Below are positions 39,101 through 50,122 of a DNA stretch of 50,122 nt, piece by piece. Location: the NCBI GenBank assembly GCA_022813965.1, contig JALDZS010000172.1, forward strand, positions 1 through 50,122. The letters run 5' to 3'. This DNA is from Toensbergia leucococca. Taxonomy: Eukaryota. The position numbers and the translations under genes were made by a program. The notes under the pieces were generated by a model, which had not been told where the DNA came from, made no database searches, and saw only the letters and a program-made list of their open reading frames with translations. Within the stretch, counting starts at the first letter, position 1, and each line of letters starts with the position of its first letter.

Positions 39101-42100
39101 TGACTATTAAGGCAAGAGGAATGACAGTTGCAGCTGAACTTCCCACCTATCTATTTCCTTGAATCTATTCAGCTGTAGGCTACCTGATTAATAAGACATT
39201 AACCAAAAAATTAGGATAAAAGACTCCCTTTGAGAAGGCCTGTAGTATAACTCCCAACCTTGCTCATCTACAACAATATAGTTGTAAGGCCTATCCTCTG
39301 AACAAAAACATCCCAAGGATAGATAAGCTCTTACCGCAGATGCATATTGGTTTTCTAATTGAATACGCCTCTACAAATATCTATCTTATATAAATACCTA
39401 GTCAGAGAAAAGTTATTAGAACACAGGACATCACATTTGATGAAAGAGAGTTCTATAAGTCTGGAGAAGTAGATCTCTCATAGATTGTCAAGGAGCCATT
39501 TCTACAGGACTATAACATTCTGCATGGACAGAACTCTGTTATAATTAGAGATCTAGACTCTGACACTGATACTGATGAGGATATTCAGATATCACTTGTA
39601 TATAATAAAGGTTTAACAGATATTAAGAGAAAAGGAAAAGAAAAAGAGAGACAGCAGACTTATCTGCTATCACCAGGCCCATCAAGTCTGAGGGGTAAGA
39701 AACCTTCTCATCCTATTACGCCTTTACCTTCTCATCATACAACATCCTCTACACCTTCCTATCATACAACTTCTGCTATGCCTTCAAATCTGAGAGGTAA
39801 TGATAGTTTCTATCAGAGAGATCAATCTCATAACGCTTCTCTTCCTAATATAGATAAGTACGGAGATGAATTAAGAGATAATCTTAAGGAGCCATTAACG
39901 TTATTACCACCAACAATATCACTATTGACAGCACCGTTAGTGAAACCACTTATAAAACCATCAAGAGGAGCTAAAAAGTCAGGGATGTTAAAGGATATGA
40001 ATGACTATAATATCATAGAAGGAGGTAGAACATAACGTGGTGATCATGCTGTTGCACTAAAGGATGCAACAACAAGTCTAAATGCCTATCACAAAGCATT
40101 TGCTGCCTTTATTCCGTCCCGGCTATTCTATTCTGCTGTGTTAGCCATCACGGCTACTAAGAAAGTAGAACAGTCAGAACCCTTACGCATGCATTGTGAC
40201 TACTTATCAGCAGAGCTTGATAATTAAAGTCAGATAATGAAGCACAAGCTAGCTACAGGATTTAGACAGGCAGCAAAGGATGAAATTAGGGTGTTAGAGG
40301 CCAAAAACACCTGGACAGAAGTTTTACAAGCATATGCCAAGGAACAAAACATCAAGACTATACTCATGCGGTGGGTATTCAAGTACAAATTTGATCAAGA
40401 GGGCTTTTTGATCAAGCAAAAGGCTAGATTGTGTGCAAGAGGCAACTTACAGAAGACATCTGATAATACCTACGCTGCAACACTAGCATCTTGCATTTTC
40501 TAAGCTATAATAGCTATTACAGCAGCCTTTGACTATGAGACATGACAATATGACGCTGTCAATACCTATGCTAACGTCAAACTTTAATGTCCTACTTGTA
40601 TCTGCACACCTCAGGGATGGGATAGATCAACAGATATACTATTGCTACTGAAACAAGCCCTGTATGGCTTAAAAGAGTCAGCAAATCTATGGTACTATGA
40701 ACTCTCTGGGATGCTCAATACTTTAGGACTAGAGCAAGTACCTAGCGTGGAATGCTTGTTTACTAACAAGCACATGATAGTCTTTTTTTTTTGTTGATAA
40801 TATTGTTGTCCTATATGACAAGTGATACACTAATAGAGTTGACGCCTTTCAAGCACAGCTATTTCTTACCTATAAGATAAGAAATATAAGTGAAGTGAAA
40901 TGATTCTTAGGAATTTGGATTACCCGTGACAAATGGCTACAACAGATACAACTATGCCAGGACAGTTACATTGACAAGTTAATAATTAAGTACAACATTA
41001 ATCTTACAAATAAGCCCCTAGCTACCCTGTTGTCAAATTATGACGCTTTTATCAAGCATAATAGACAGGCAAGTCCACAGCAGATCCTTATCTACTAGCA
41101 GTATATTAGATCTATCAATTTTGCCGCAAGTCAAACTAGGCCGAACATTTCCTTTGCTGCATTCAAGCTGACGCAATTTCTACAGAATCTATCACCAAAG
41201 CATAAGGAATATGCTAAACAGGTAATGCAATACCATGGTTACAACAAGTATTACTCTATTGTTTATGGTAGAGAAGTCATAGACCTAAGAAAGATATTCC
41301 TAGCATTATCAGACTCAACCTATGCAGATAACTCTGAGACAAGACGGAGCTCTTATAAATATGCCTTCAAGCTCTTTGATGGTATGATATACTAGAAAGC
41401 TGCCTGAGGAAATATAGTTACCACAAGTTCCACAGAAGTAGAGCTTCTTGCTATATTGCAAGCAGCTAAAGAGACTATTTGGTGAGATAGATTCTTTGAA
41501 TCTATTGATCTAACTCTACCATATAGAACAGAGATTGAATGTAACAATCTGCAGACACTTGAGATCCTAAAGCCTGGTAAATTTACACAGTTTACTACTA
41601 AGCTACGCCATATTGACATTTATAGTCATTGGCTACAACAAGAAATTGCTTCAGAGAAGGTTTTCACCAAATGGATACCTACCACAGAGATTCTAGCAAA
41701 TGGAATGACAAAGGCACTGACACCACAGCATTACAAGGACTTTGTCAATCTACTAGGTCTACAAAACAACAAACCTAAGGAATGACGCATCTACAGGGCT
41801 TATTGTTACCTGCAAAATGACAAATGGCTATGCTCAGTGCTACTTGCATGGCTACTTACTCACCTGCATTTTAGATGTTAGAATCAAAGGATTATGATCC
41901 TGAGGGGGTATGTCAGCATGCAGGTGTATGCAGGTGTACGTGCCTGTGTCACGTCAGGTACTTTAGCAAGATATTTTAGTGTTGTTGTTGTGTTGGCAGC
42001 GTGTCTGTGTTGGCCTAACACCAAAAGCATGCCTGTTTTGAACTAAGACTAAATGTAGTTAGTTCTTTGCTTAAAGTCCCTGTACATATTCTGTCTTCCA

Positions 42101-42164
42101 CACAGACTTTAGATACTATCTGACAACTACACTGGCACCACAATCCTATCAGTCCCTTCTGACA
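36196..42164 (+). mobile_element. Full-length Ty1/Copia LTR retrotransposon, inactivated
   Basis: 254-bp LTRs TG...CA (36196-36449, 41911-42164), 5-bp TSD CCTGT, GTTATGAGC primer-site-like sequence after the 5' LTR, PPT GAGGGGGTA. Gag-pol remnants in Copia order: PR (*IIDPGS), IN (WHKILAH..CETC), RT (RWVFKYK..KARLCARG), RH (SDSTYAD, TTSSTEVE, RHIDI). Many stops. Confidence 0.96.
36560..36650 (+). repeat. Short tandem TTTGTCAAG(A) repeats in the Copia 5' leader
   Basis: About five TTTGTCAAG units, most spaced 14-16 nt apart. Confidence 0.75.
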
Positions 42165-42938
42165 CCTGTACATTCCCCCTCACCCCCTCTGAGCGCAAAA
42201 TCACTGAGGAAAAATCTATTATTTCACACTACATCTTGCCTCAATTCCTCATTACTTTACAAGTCAATTATCTGTTTTATTTGCATGTTATCTAAAAGTC
42301 AAATTACCTAGGAGAAAACTAATGCTTTTATATTACATTTTGACTTGATTCTCTCACCTCTGAGCATACAATAACCTTCCTGAGCGTAAAAACATTATGA
42401 TTCTGAATCACCTCCTTGCAAAATTATAAGACACCCTATTATCTAGAAGAACTCTAACTCACTCCCCTCTAGGTAAGGGTTCAGCTTTATGAGGTAGAGG
42501 TAGATCAAAATTCATAGTATTGCGCTCAGGGTAAAGGATTAAGTAAAAATGTGATATAATATCAGGATAATTCCCTAGGTAATTTGGCTTCTAGATGGCG
42601 CGCAAATGAAACAACTAAATAGCTTGCAAAATAATAGGAATTAAGGCAGGATGTAGTGCAAAATAATAGATTTTCTCTTAGTAATTTTGTGCCTGAGCAC
42701 TAGCTAAGGGGAGGGGCATACAGGTATTAAAAGGAGGCGTACATGTATTAATTCCCTAAATTAAGTATAAAAGTAATGTAAAATTTTGATTTTTCTCTTT
42801 ATAAACTTTTGTCTAAGCACTATTTTGATTAAAGGTTAGAGAAAAGAGATCTAAATATATTAAAGTAAGGTATAAAATTAATAATACTCTTATTTAACTA
42901 TTTTACAGAAGAAAAAGAAAAGCAGTCTGATTATTTAT

Positions 42939-43584
42939 GGCTACTGATGTATGAACGCCCCTTTTTGATACATTGATGCCCTCCCCTCATATACCCCCTT
43001 AAACAAGTGCTCAGATGCAAAATCACTGAGAAAACTTCTATTATTTTACATCACATCTTGCCTTGATTTCTAATCACTGTGCAAGTCAATTACCTGTTTT
43101 ATTTGCATGTCATCTATTATCTAAGGAATTATCCTAATATTGTATCACCTTTTCACCTAATTATTTATTATAAAGGAGTGACTAAGGTGACTGAGGTAGT
43201 CAAGAATCTAGAGAAGGGTGAGGAAATAGAGAAAGGAGAGGAGGTAAAGGTGAAGTTCCTATAAATAACAGGGTATTTTATGATTTTGAAAGGAAGTAGA
43301 TAAAAATATGATGTTTTTGCGCTCAGGGGTGATCATGCGCCTAAGGGTAAGAGAATCAAGTCAGAATGTAATACAAAGGCATGTTTTTCTTCTAGGTAAT
43401 TTGACTTCTAGATGGCACACAAATAAAACAAGTAATTGACTTGCAAAGTGATAGAGAATTGAGGCAAGATGTAATGCAAAATGATAGAATTTCTGTCAGT
43501 GATTTTGCACCTTAGCACTAGTTAAGGAGGGGGTAAGAGAGGGGCGTCAATGTATCAAAAAGGGGTGTTCATACATCAGTAGCC
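42939..43584. mobile_element. Second non-autonomous long-TIR foldback element (646 bp)
   Basis: Ends GGCTACTGATGTATGAAC.../...GTTCATACATCAGTAGCC, ~175-bp TIRs, identical 8-bp flanks TTATTTAT (42931-42938, 43585-43592). Subterminal sequence is shared with the 36159-42756 element. Confidence 0.88.
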
Positions 43585-43636
43585 TTATTTATATAATAAC
43601 AAGCTTTATTTATAGTTAATTAAGTGCATCTTACTA

Positions 43637-44758
43637 CTCATGGTTACTTACTGATGCGGCAACCTTACCTTTGCAGTACACTAACCTGATCAGAAGTACT
43701 AGTCTTCTTTTTCCCCTTTATTTTCTTCTTTTTTATTAACATCTCATTTATTTCATCAAAAATCAGTAGTCATAACAGCTCAGTACATTTGTATGTGACT
43801 CTATATGTCTTGACAACACATATTAATCACATAGACTTTCTCAACAACTTTTTTATCAATAATTAGCCTTTACAAGTCAACAATAATATCATCTTTAAAC
43901 TTTGACTAAGCAACACAATTACCATTCCTATTACTGGCATGACAATGATTATTAATACTACCTTTGTTGACTAAGTAAACTATGAGTTAGAAAAGAATAT
44001 GCTAAAGCAATGGCTTTAAAATGAAAATAGGAGTGTTGTTATCCATAAAATAATCATCAACAAGGAGGATTTCTATTAAAATTAAGGAGAAGGATACTGT
44101 TGTCAAGGAAAGGTCTTTATCTTCTCATAAGATCTGTATATGTGATAGCTAGGGTGCATAGGGAATTGTGACAATTTCACACACAATACCACCTACTATT
44201 CTCTTATATCTACTTAATTTCATGTCTAATTTTATACCACCTGATTTAAACACTCAAGTTGATGGCTAGGAGGCTTAAGGAAACGCAACAGTTTCACATA
44301 CAATTCTCTCCTATCCACTCAGTTGATTTCATACCTGATTTTATACCCACCTAGTTTGAATCATCATGCTAATGGCTAGAAGGCTTAGGGAATTGTAACA
44401 ATTTCACATACAATACTATTTATAATTCTCTTATACCTACTTGATTTCATGTCTGGTTTTATATATTGAGACTGAGTTGTATTACTAATCTGTCATTGTA
44501 ATATGAAAGAAATTAAGCCATATATCTTAGCAAGTAGTGTAATAGAAGTCTTTTTAAAGGCTGCAATAGTTCTATAATACTTGCTGATAGCAAGATCTAA
44601 TTATATCTCTTTAGATATCTCTTCTTCAGCCTTCAAAGACATGATGAATTGATGATGTTAATAAAATAATAGATAGGAGGAATAGTTTTTTCTTAGTGTT
44701 TCTGATTGAGTTAGTGTGCCACAAAGGTAAGGTTGCTCCATTGGTGGGTGACCATAAG
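43637..44758. mobile_element. TA-flanked TIR element (Tc1/mariner-type non-autonomous derivative) with internal tandem array
   Basis: ~50-bp TIRs (CTCATGGTTAC...CAACCTTACCTTTG...CACTAAC) differing mostly by transitions, TA at both ends, no recognisable transposase. Confidence 0.72.
44148..44463. repeat. Three diverged ~110-120-bp tandem units
   Basis: Recurring GCTAG...AGGGAA...TTTCACA(C/T)ACAAT...ATTTCAT...TTTTATA blocks. Confidence 0.75.
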
Positions 44759-45092
44759 TACATTAAGTAAATGTTATATTTAATTCAATATAGGGTCTTA
44801 ATATTTCAACACCTTATATTAATAATCTTATACTCTTATTTTAATATTCTAACATTCTTTTTATTACTACTTAATTTAGTAATAATAATAATGCAATGAT
44901 AGAAAAATAACTTGATTTTCCATTATATTTTAACTTGATTCTCACTTATTTTCTTGTTTTATTTGTAAGCCTTTTAAAGGCATGAATTATTAAGAGAATT
45001 ATTACAATTTTGACTTAAGTTTTTATTATATTCTCTTACTCTTAGATATAATAATATCTTATTACTCTTAGATGCAATAATGTTTACATATG

Positions 45093-47462
45093 TGTCAGAG
45101 GGGACTAATAGAATTGTAGATGCCAGTGTAGATATTTAATGCAATGTGAAATCTGTGTGACAGACAGAATAAGTACAAAGATTTTAAGTGAGAAACTAAT
45201 CACATTTGATTTTAGTTTAAAACAGGCATGCTTTAAATGTTAGGTTAACACAGATACGCCGTCAACACAACAATAACGCTGAAACATCTCACTAAAGTAT
45301 CTGACGTGACATGAGCACGTATATCTGCATGCTGACACACCCTCTCAGAAACATAATCCTTTGATTCTAATACCTAAAATGCAGGTGAGTAAGTAGTCAT
45401 ACAAGTAGCCCTAGGCGTAGCCTTTTATTGTTTTGCAGGTAGCAATAAGCCCTGTAAATGCATTATTCCTTAAGTTTGTTGTTTTGTAGATCTATTACAT
45501 TGATAAAGTCCTTGTGTTGCTGTGATGTCAGTGCCTTTATTATTTTATCTGCTAGAATCTCTGTAGTGAGTATTTCTTTAGTGAAGACCTTCTCTAAAGC
45601 AATTTCTTGTCATAGTCAATAACTATGAATGTCAATGTAACATAGCTTAGTAGTAAACTGTGTGGACTCACTAGGCTTTAGGATCTCAAGTGTCTGCAGA
45701 TTGTTGCATTTAATCTCTTTCCTATATGACAGGGTGAGATTGATAGATTTAAAGAACCTATCCCCTCAAATAGTCTCTTTAGCTGCTTGTAATATATTAA
45801 GAAGCTCTGCTTCTGTAAAACTTATAGTAACTATATTTTCTCAGGCGGCTTTTCAGTGTATTATATCATTAAAGAGCTTAAAGAATTATTTATAAGAGCT
45901 CTGTCTTGTCTCAGAGTTATCTGCATAGGCTGAGTCTGATAATGCCAGGAATATCTTTCTTAGGTCTATGACTTCTCCACTATAAACAATAGAGTAATAC
46001 TTGATATAATCAAGGTATTGTATTACTTGTTCAGCATATTCCTTATGCTTTGATAATAGATTCTGTAGAAATTGTGCTAGCTTAGACGCAGCAAAGGAAA
46101 TATTTAGCCTAGTTTGACTTGCAGCAAAATTTATAGATTTAATATACTGCTAGTAGATAAGGATCTGCTATGAACTTGCCTGTCTATCATGCTTAACAAA
46201 AGCATCATAATTTGACAACGGGGTAGTCAGGGGCTTATCTGTAAGATTAATGTTGTACTTAATCATTAACTTGTCAATGTAGCTGTCCTGACATAGTTGT
46301 ATCTGTTATAGCTGTCCTAACATAGTTATATCTGTTGTAGCTGTCCTGACATACCCGTATCTGTTGTAGCTATCTGTCACAGGTAATTCAGATTCTTAAG
46401 AATCATTTCACCTTATCTATATTTCTTATCTCATAGGTAAGAAATAGCTGTGCTTGAAAGGTGTTAACTTTATTAGTGTAACACTTGTTATATAAGACAA
46501 CAATGTCATCAATAAAGAAGAAGACTATTATATGCTTGTTAGTAAACAAGCATTTCATGCTAGGAACTTGCTATAGTTCTAAAGTGTTGAGTGTCTTAGA
46601 GAGTTTATAATACCACAGATTTACTAACAATTTTAAGTCATACAGGGCTTATTTTAGTAGCAATAGTACATCTGTTAGTCCGTCTTATCCCTAAGGTATG
46701 TAGATACAAGTTAAACGTTAAAGTTTAGCGTTAGCGTAGGCGTTGACAGTGTTATATTGTTATGTCTTATAGTCAAAGGCTGCTATAATAGTCATCATAG
46801 CTTAGAAAATGCGAGATGCTAGTGTTGCAGTGTAGATATTATCAGATGTCTTCTGTAAGTCACCTCTTGCACATAATCTAGCCTTTTGCTTGATTAAAAA
46901 ACCCTCTTAATTAAATTTGTACTTGAATACCTACTGCATAGATATAGTCTTAATGTTTTGTTTCTTAGTGTATGCTTGTAAAACTTGTATTCAGGTGTTT
47001 TTGGCCTCTAATGTCCTAATCTTATTATTTGCTGCCAGTCTAAATCCTATAGCTAGCTTATGCTTTATAATCTAACTTTAATTATTAGGCTCTAATGGTA
47101 GGTAATTGCAATGCATGCGTAAGGGTTCTGGCTGTTTCACTTTTTTAGTAGCCATAATAGCTAATATTGCAGAGTAAAATAGCTGGGACAGAATAAAGGT
47201 AGCAAATGCTGTGTGATAGGCATTTAGACTTGTTGTTGCATCCTTTAGTGCAACAGCATAGACACCACGTTGTGTCTTACTTCTTTCTATGATATTACGG
47301 TCATTTATATTCTTTAACATTCCTGACTTTTTAGCTCTCCTTGATGATTCTATCAGTGATCTTACCAACAATGCTGTTAGTAGTAATAACATTAATAGCT
47401 TCTTAAGATCATCTGCTAACTCATCTGAATACTTATCTATATTTGAAAGAGAAGCGTTATGA
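45093..47462 (-). mobile_element. Second copy of the same Copia family, 3' portion only (3' LTR 45093-45337, RH, RT)
   Basis: Reverse complement aligns to ~39830-42164. Homology stops at the LINE tail. Contains a private 29-bp triplication at 46281-46367. Confidence 0.93.
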
Positions 47463-49100
47463 TTTTTTTATTTCTTTATTAAGTGCATGTAGCCTTGAGG
47501 CTATGGCACTGGCTAAGTCTATATATGTACAAGTATTAAAATACCTTGTATTACCTGACATACTCCCTGCTGATCAGTCTATAGTTATTAGTGTAGCAAT
47601 AACACAATTCTTAACTAATATTTCAAGTCTCTCTCTCTTGTACCTAACACCCTCATTCTTTCTTAATATCTCCCTATCTCCTCTGTTCCTTATAGTGCCA
47701 ATTAAGGTCTTCTAGTATTTATCTTCTAGTGGCAATTCTGGTAGTCTTTAAGTAAAGCAGGGTCTGCTTTATTTTTTCCTTAGTAGTAAGAAGTGTCCTT
47801 AGGTTTACTGACATTTTCTGACCTAACTACTTCCTTAGAGCTTGTTGTTCAGCTCTAAAATGTCTACAGTGCATTAAAATATAGTCAGGTGATTGTACTC
47901 CTGTACAGGTCTTATAGCAGTGTTCAGTATTATATGCTGGTAGGTGATATAAGTAGGATTTAAAATATTTATGTTTTATTTTTAGTTGCATGTAGGTAGA
48001 GAAGGTAAGTCTATCAGCTTTTTTCAGCTCTAAGGTCATTTTCTGAGGTGATTCCTAATTTAACAGCTTGTAAGATATTCTTTGCTTGGCTTTGATTTAG
48101 TGTTTCTTTTATTCTAGCATAGTAGCAGCCTTGATTTGTCTCTTCACATGACTAAAAGAGGCAAATCTATCAGGTATAGGTGGTATTCTAGAGTCTGTAG
48201 CCTGTTTTGCTGCTGTGTCTGCTAGAACATTTCCTTTGATATCTTAATAGCCAGGAATCTAGTGTATATGTATCAGAAATCCTTCCTTTTGCAGCTTTAG
48301 CAGGTCTCTATTTATTCTAGCAGTTTAATTAGCTCCTGATTCAGAAAAGAAACTCATAATTCTCTATATAACAGCTTGAATGTCTACAAAAATCTATTGA
48401 TATTTGTTTCTTTGTGAGAAGAGTTCCCTTTGTATCCATTTTATAGCTTGTAAAATAACATATAACTCTCTATCAAAGACTTTTATTAAGGTTTCTAGGT
48501 ACTAAGAATTCTTTTCTATATCAGCTCTTTTAAAGATAATATTAGAGACCTCTATATGTGATTCTCTTTAAGATGCATCTGTATAAATCCTAATAATATC
48601 TAAGGGCAAGGTAGATATAAATTTAATGTAATCCTTTGCTGTTTGCTCCTTGTTCTTTGATAAGATAAATAAGTTTACATTCTATACTAAAGTTCATTGT
48701 TCAATAGGTTCAGGTAATCTCTCTAACTTAATCTCTGTTAGCAGAAGCTTTTAAACACTATTAAGTTTTTTGATAAGTTGTATAAGGTATTTTCTTAGGT
48801 TATTCTCCTTGACTTGATTCTATTTAAGAAATCTAGAGTCTATAGGTTCTGTTCCTGTTTAATATTCAGGAGGGTAGGTGAGGGGAGTCTTATCTCTTAA
48901 AGGATGATCTTTTAATAAGGTAGCTATTCTTAGGGTATAACTCCTTATCTTATATCTTATTCAAATCTCAGAGGGTAGATTATTGACTTTTATTTCCACG
49001 GTAGCAATAGATGAAGTTTTAAAGCATCCTAGGATTTTTCTTGAGGTAGAACTTTAAATTTTCTACACCTAGGCTAGGTATTCTTTTTGTCCTTTGTAAA
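47463..49100 (-). mobile_element. 5'-truncated LINE (Tad1/I-group-like) with RNase H and C-terminal Cys motif, inactivated
   Basis: T-rich tail at 47463 (A-tail on minus strand). Remnants RKILGCFKTS (post-RT), IYTDAS, IFVDIQA, *IPGY*DIKGNVLAD (RNase H), C...C...ILMHC and LKTTRIATR. Confidence 0.87.
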
Positions 49101-49602
49101 GATTCTGTCACTAAAGCACCTCTAAAGGAGACCAACATTAAAATTGAAAAATCACCTATAAAACTCAAGCTCTTCAGTATCTGAAAGCCCTCATCATTCT
49201 GATCAGAACCCTACCTTTCAATACCCCATCACAGCTGTGGTGGTGGTGCAGCAGGAGGGCCCAAAAAGTTGATTTTATACAACCTACAGCATTCACTTGT
49301 TGGCCTGCCAAAAAAGTTCTACCAAGCTACTAGCCTGAGCCACCTACGTCACAGCAGTCAATACCAGCAGAAACAACTAAGATCCCATCAGTATTGGTGA
49401 TGCTACACCCATTTCCAATTCCTGGCACCCCATCGCGTCTGCTCGTTGTTTTGTATTGAAAAACACGCGATTTGTGTATTATTCACTTTCTGTAGTGATA
49501 GGACCCTGGATACATTACAAGCCCCCAAAGATTACGCCTCCCAGAACTTTGCAGTTATGACCACTCAAGTACCCAACGCGCAAAATCAAATCCAAAGCAA
49601 CA

Positions 49603-50002
49603 GAATTGTGCACCTTGACGAGCTCTTTCCGAATCTTTAAGAGTTTTGAAAATCCGTCAAGGAACAAAAGATTTATTGATAAAAACCTGTCGCCATAGGG
49701 TCAATTTTTGACGTTCCTTGCCAAGCCACTAGCCAGAACCTATCCTCAACGTCACCTCATCCACCTCATTCACCAAAAACGTCGAGTTTTGAAGTTCCTT
49801 GCCAAGACACACTAGTCAGACTCATTCTCAACGTCACCCCATCCACCAAATATCAATTGCAACAACACTCCTCAGTGTAACGACATCTTTGATAATATTT
49901 GAAAGAAGCCAAATTGTGCGCCTTGACGAATTCTTTCCGAATCTTCAAGAATTTTGAAAATCCGTCAAGAAATAACAGAGTTATTGCCAAAAACGTCGCC
50001 AC
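49603..50002. repeat. Interleaved direct repeats: ~90-bp unit A (49603-49695, 49911-50001) flanking ~60-bp unit B x2 (49706-49765, 49787-49848)
   Basis: A: AATTGTGC.CCTTGACGA..CTTTCCGAATCTT.AAGA.TTTTGAAAATCCGTCAAG; B: TTTTGA.GTTCCTTGCCAAG...CTCAACGTCACC.CATCCACC. Confidence 0.8.
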
Positions 50003-50122
50003 CAGGCGAAAATCTAACCACCCTGACCCTTTGCTCCACCAGATCTACTTATACCCTTCGAGCTAGACAACCACAACAGTTGACACTTATCGCTCTGGCC
50101 CGCCTGTCAGTCTGATAGAGAA

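Larger units (their letters stand above)
36159..42756. mobile_element. Non-autonomous long-TIR foldback element (~620 bp net), interrupted by Copia
   Basis: Ends GGGAATTGATACATGTACGCC.../...GGCGTACATGTATTAATTCCC, ~180-bp TIRs, identical 8-bp flanks TAAATTAA (36151-36158, 42757-42764). Confidence 0.85.
35828..42822. repeat. Older, highly decayed foldback element of the same family, split by later insertions (arms ~35828-35888 and ~42763-42822)
   Basis: The two arms are degenerate reverse complements, and 36025-36125 aligns by eye to 43330-43430 of the younger foldback copy. True ends not resolved. Confidence 0.55.

Noticed and set aside
36156..42759. 3-bp TAA TSD suggesting PIF/Harbinger for the foldback element
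   Set aside because: The duplication extends to 8 bp, and the sister element also has an 8-bp TSD.
44148..44463. Repeat arrays (also 36560-36650, 46281-46367) as CRISPR-like
   Set aside because: Eukaryotic context, no unique spacers, no cas genes. These are transposon-internal tandem repeats.
1..50122. tRNA/rRNA genes, a biosynthetic gene cluster or a Starship captain
   Set aside because: No cloverleaf or rRNA-like sequence recognised by eye. The genes are functionally unrelated housekeeping loci, and no PKS/NRPS or tyrosine recombinase motifs were seen.

Overview
Eukaryotic (filamentous ascomycete, Pezizomycotina-type) genomic DNA with short introns, in two compartments. (1) ~1-35.5 kb is gene-dense. 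It carries conserved housekeeping genes (NPR2, PSR1-like phosphatase, SDS22, xylose reductase, Sec61-beta, RPL20, CSN12-like PCI protein, a BTB protein, a standalone SRA/YDG protein, an ABHD13/BEM46-like hydrolase, mitochondrial LysRS, TIM10, STB2/6-like, RMD5), one decayed Ser/Thr kinase pseudogene and one degenerate Tc1/mariner transposon. (2) ~35.6-49.2 kb is an AT-rich nest of transposons carrying heavy C->T/G->A (RIP-like) damage. It contains a full-length Ty1/Copia element inside a long-TIR foldback element with an 8-bp TSD (itself inside an older relative), a second foldback copy, a TA-flanked TIR element with an internal tandem array, and an inverted truncated second Copia copy interrupted by a 5'-truncated RNase H-type LINE. 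I found no clearly new multi-gene system. The most unusual signals are an intergenic TACGAGTA motif (10 sites), 3 GC-AG introns among ~40, the 8-bp-TSD foldback family, a broad (CpG/CpC-including) mutation context, and a 5-nt start-codon micro-exon in RPL20. All gene models were spliced by hand and no database searches were run.
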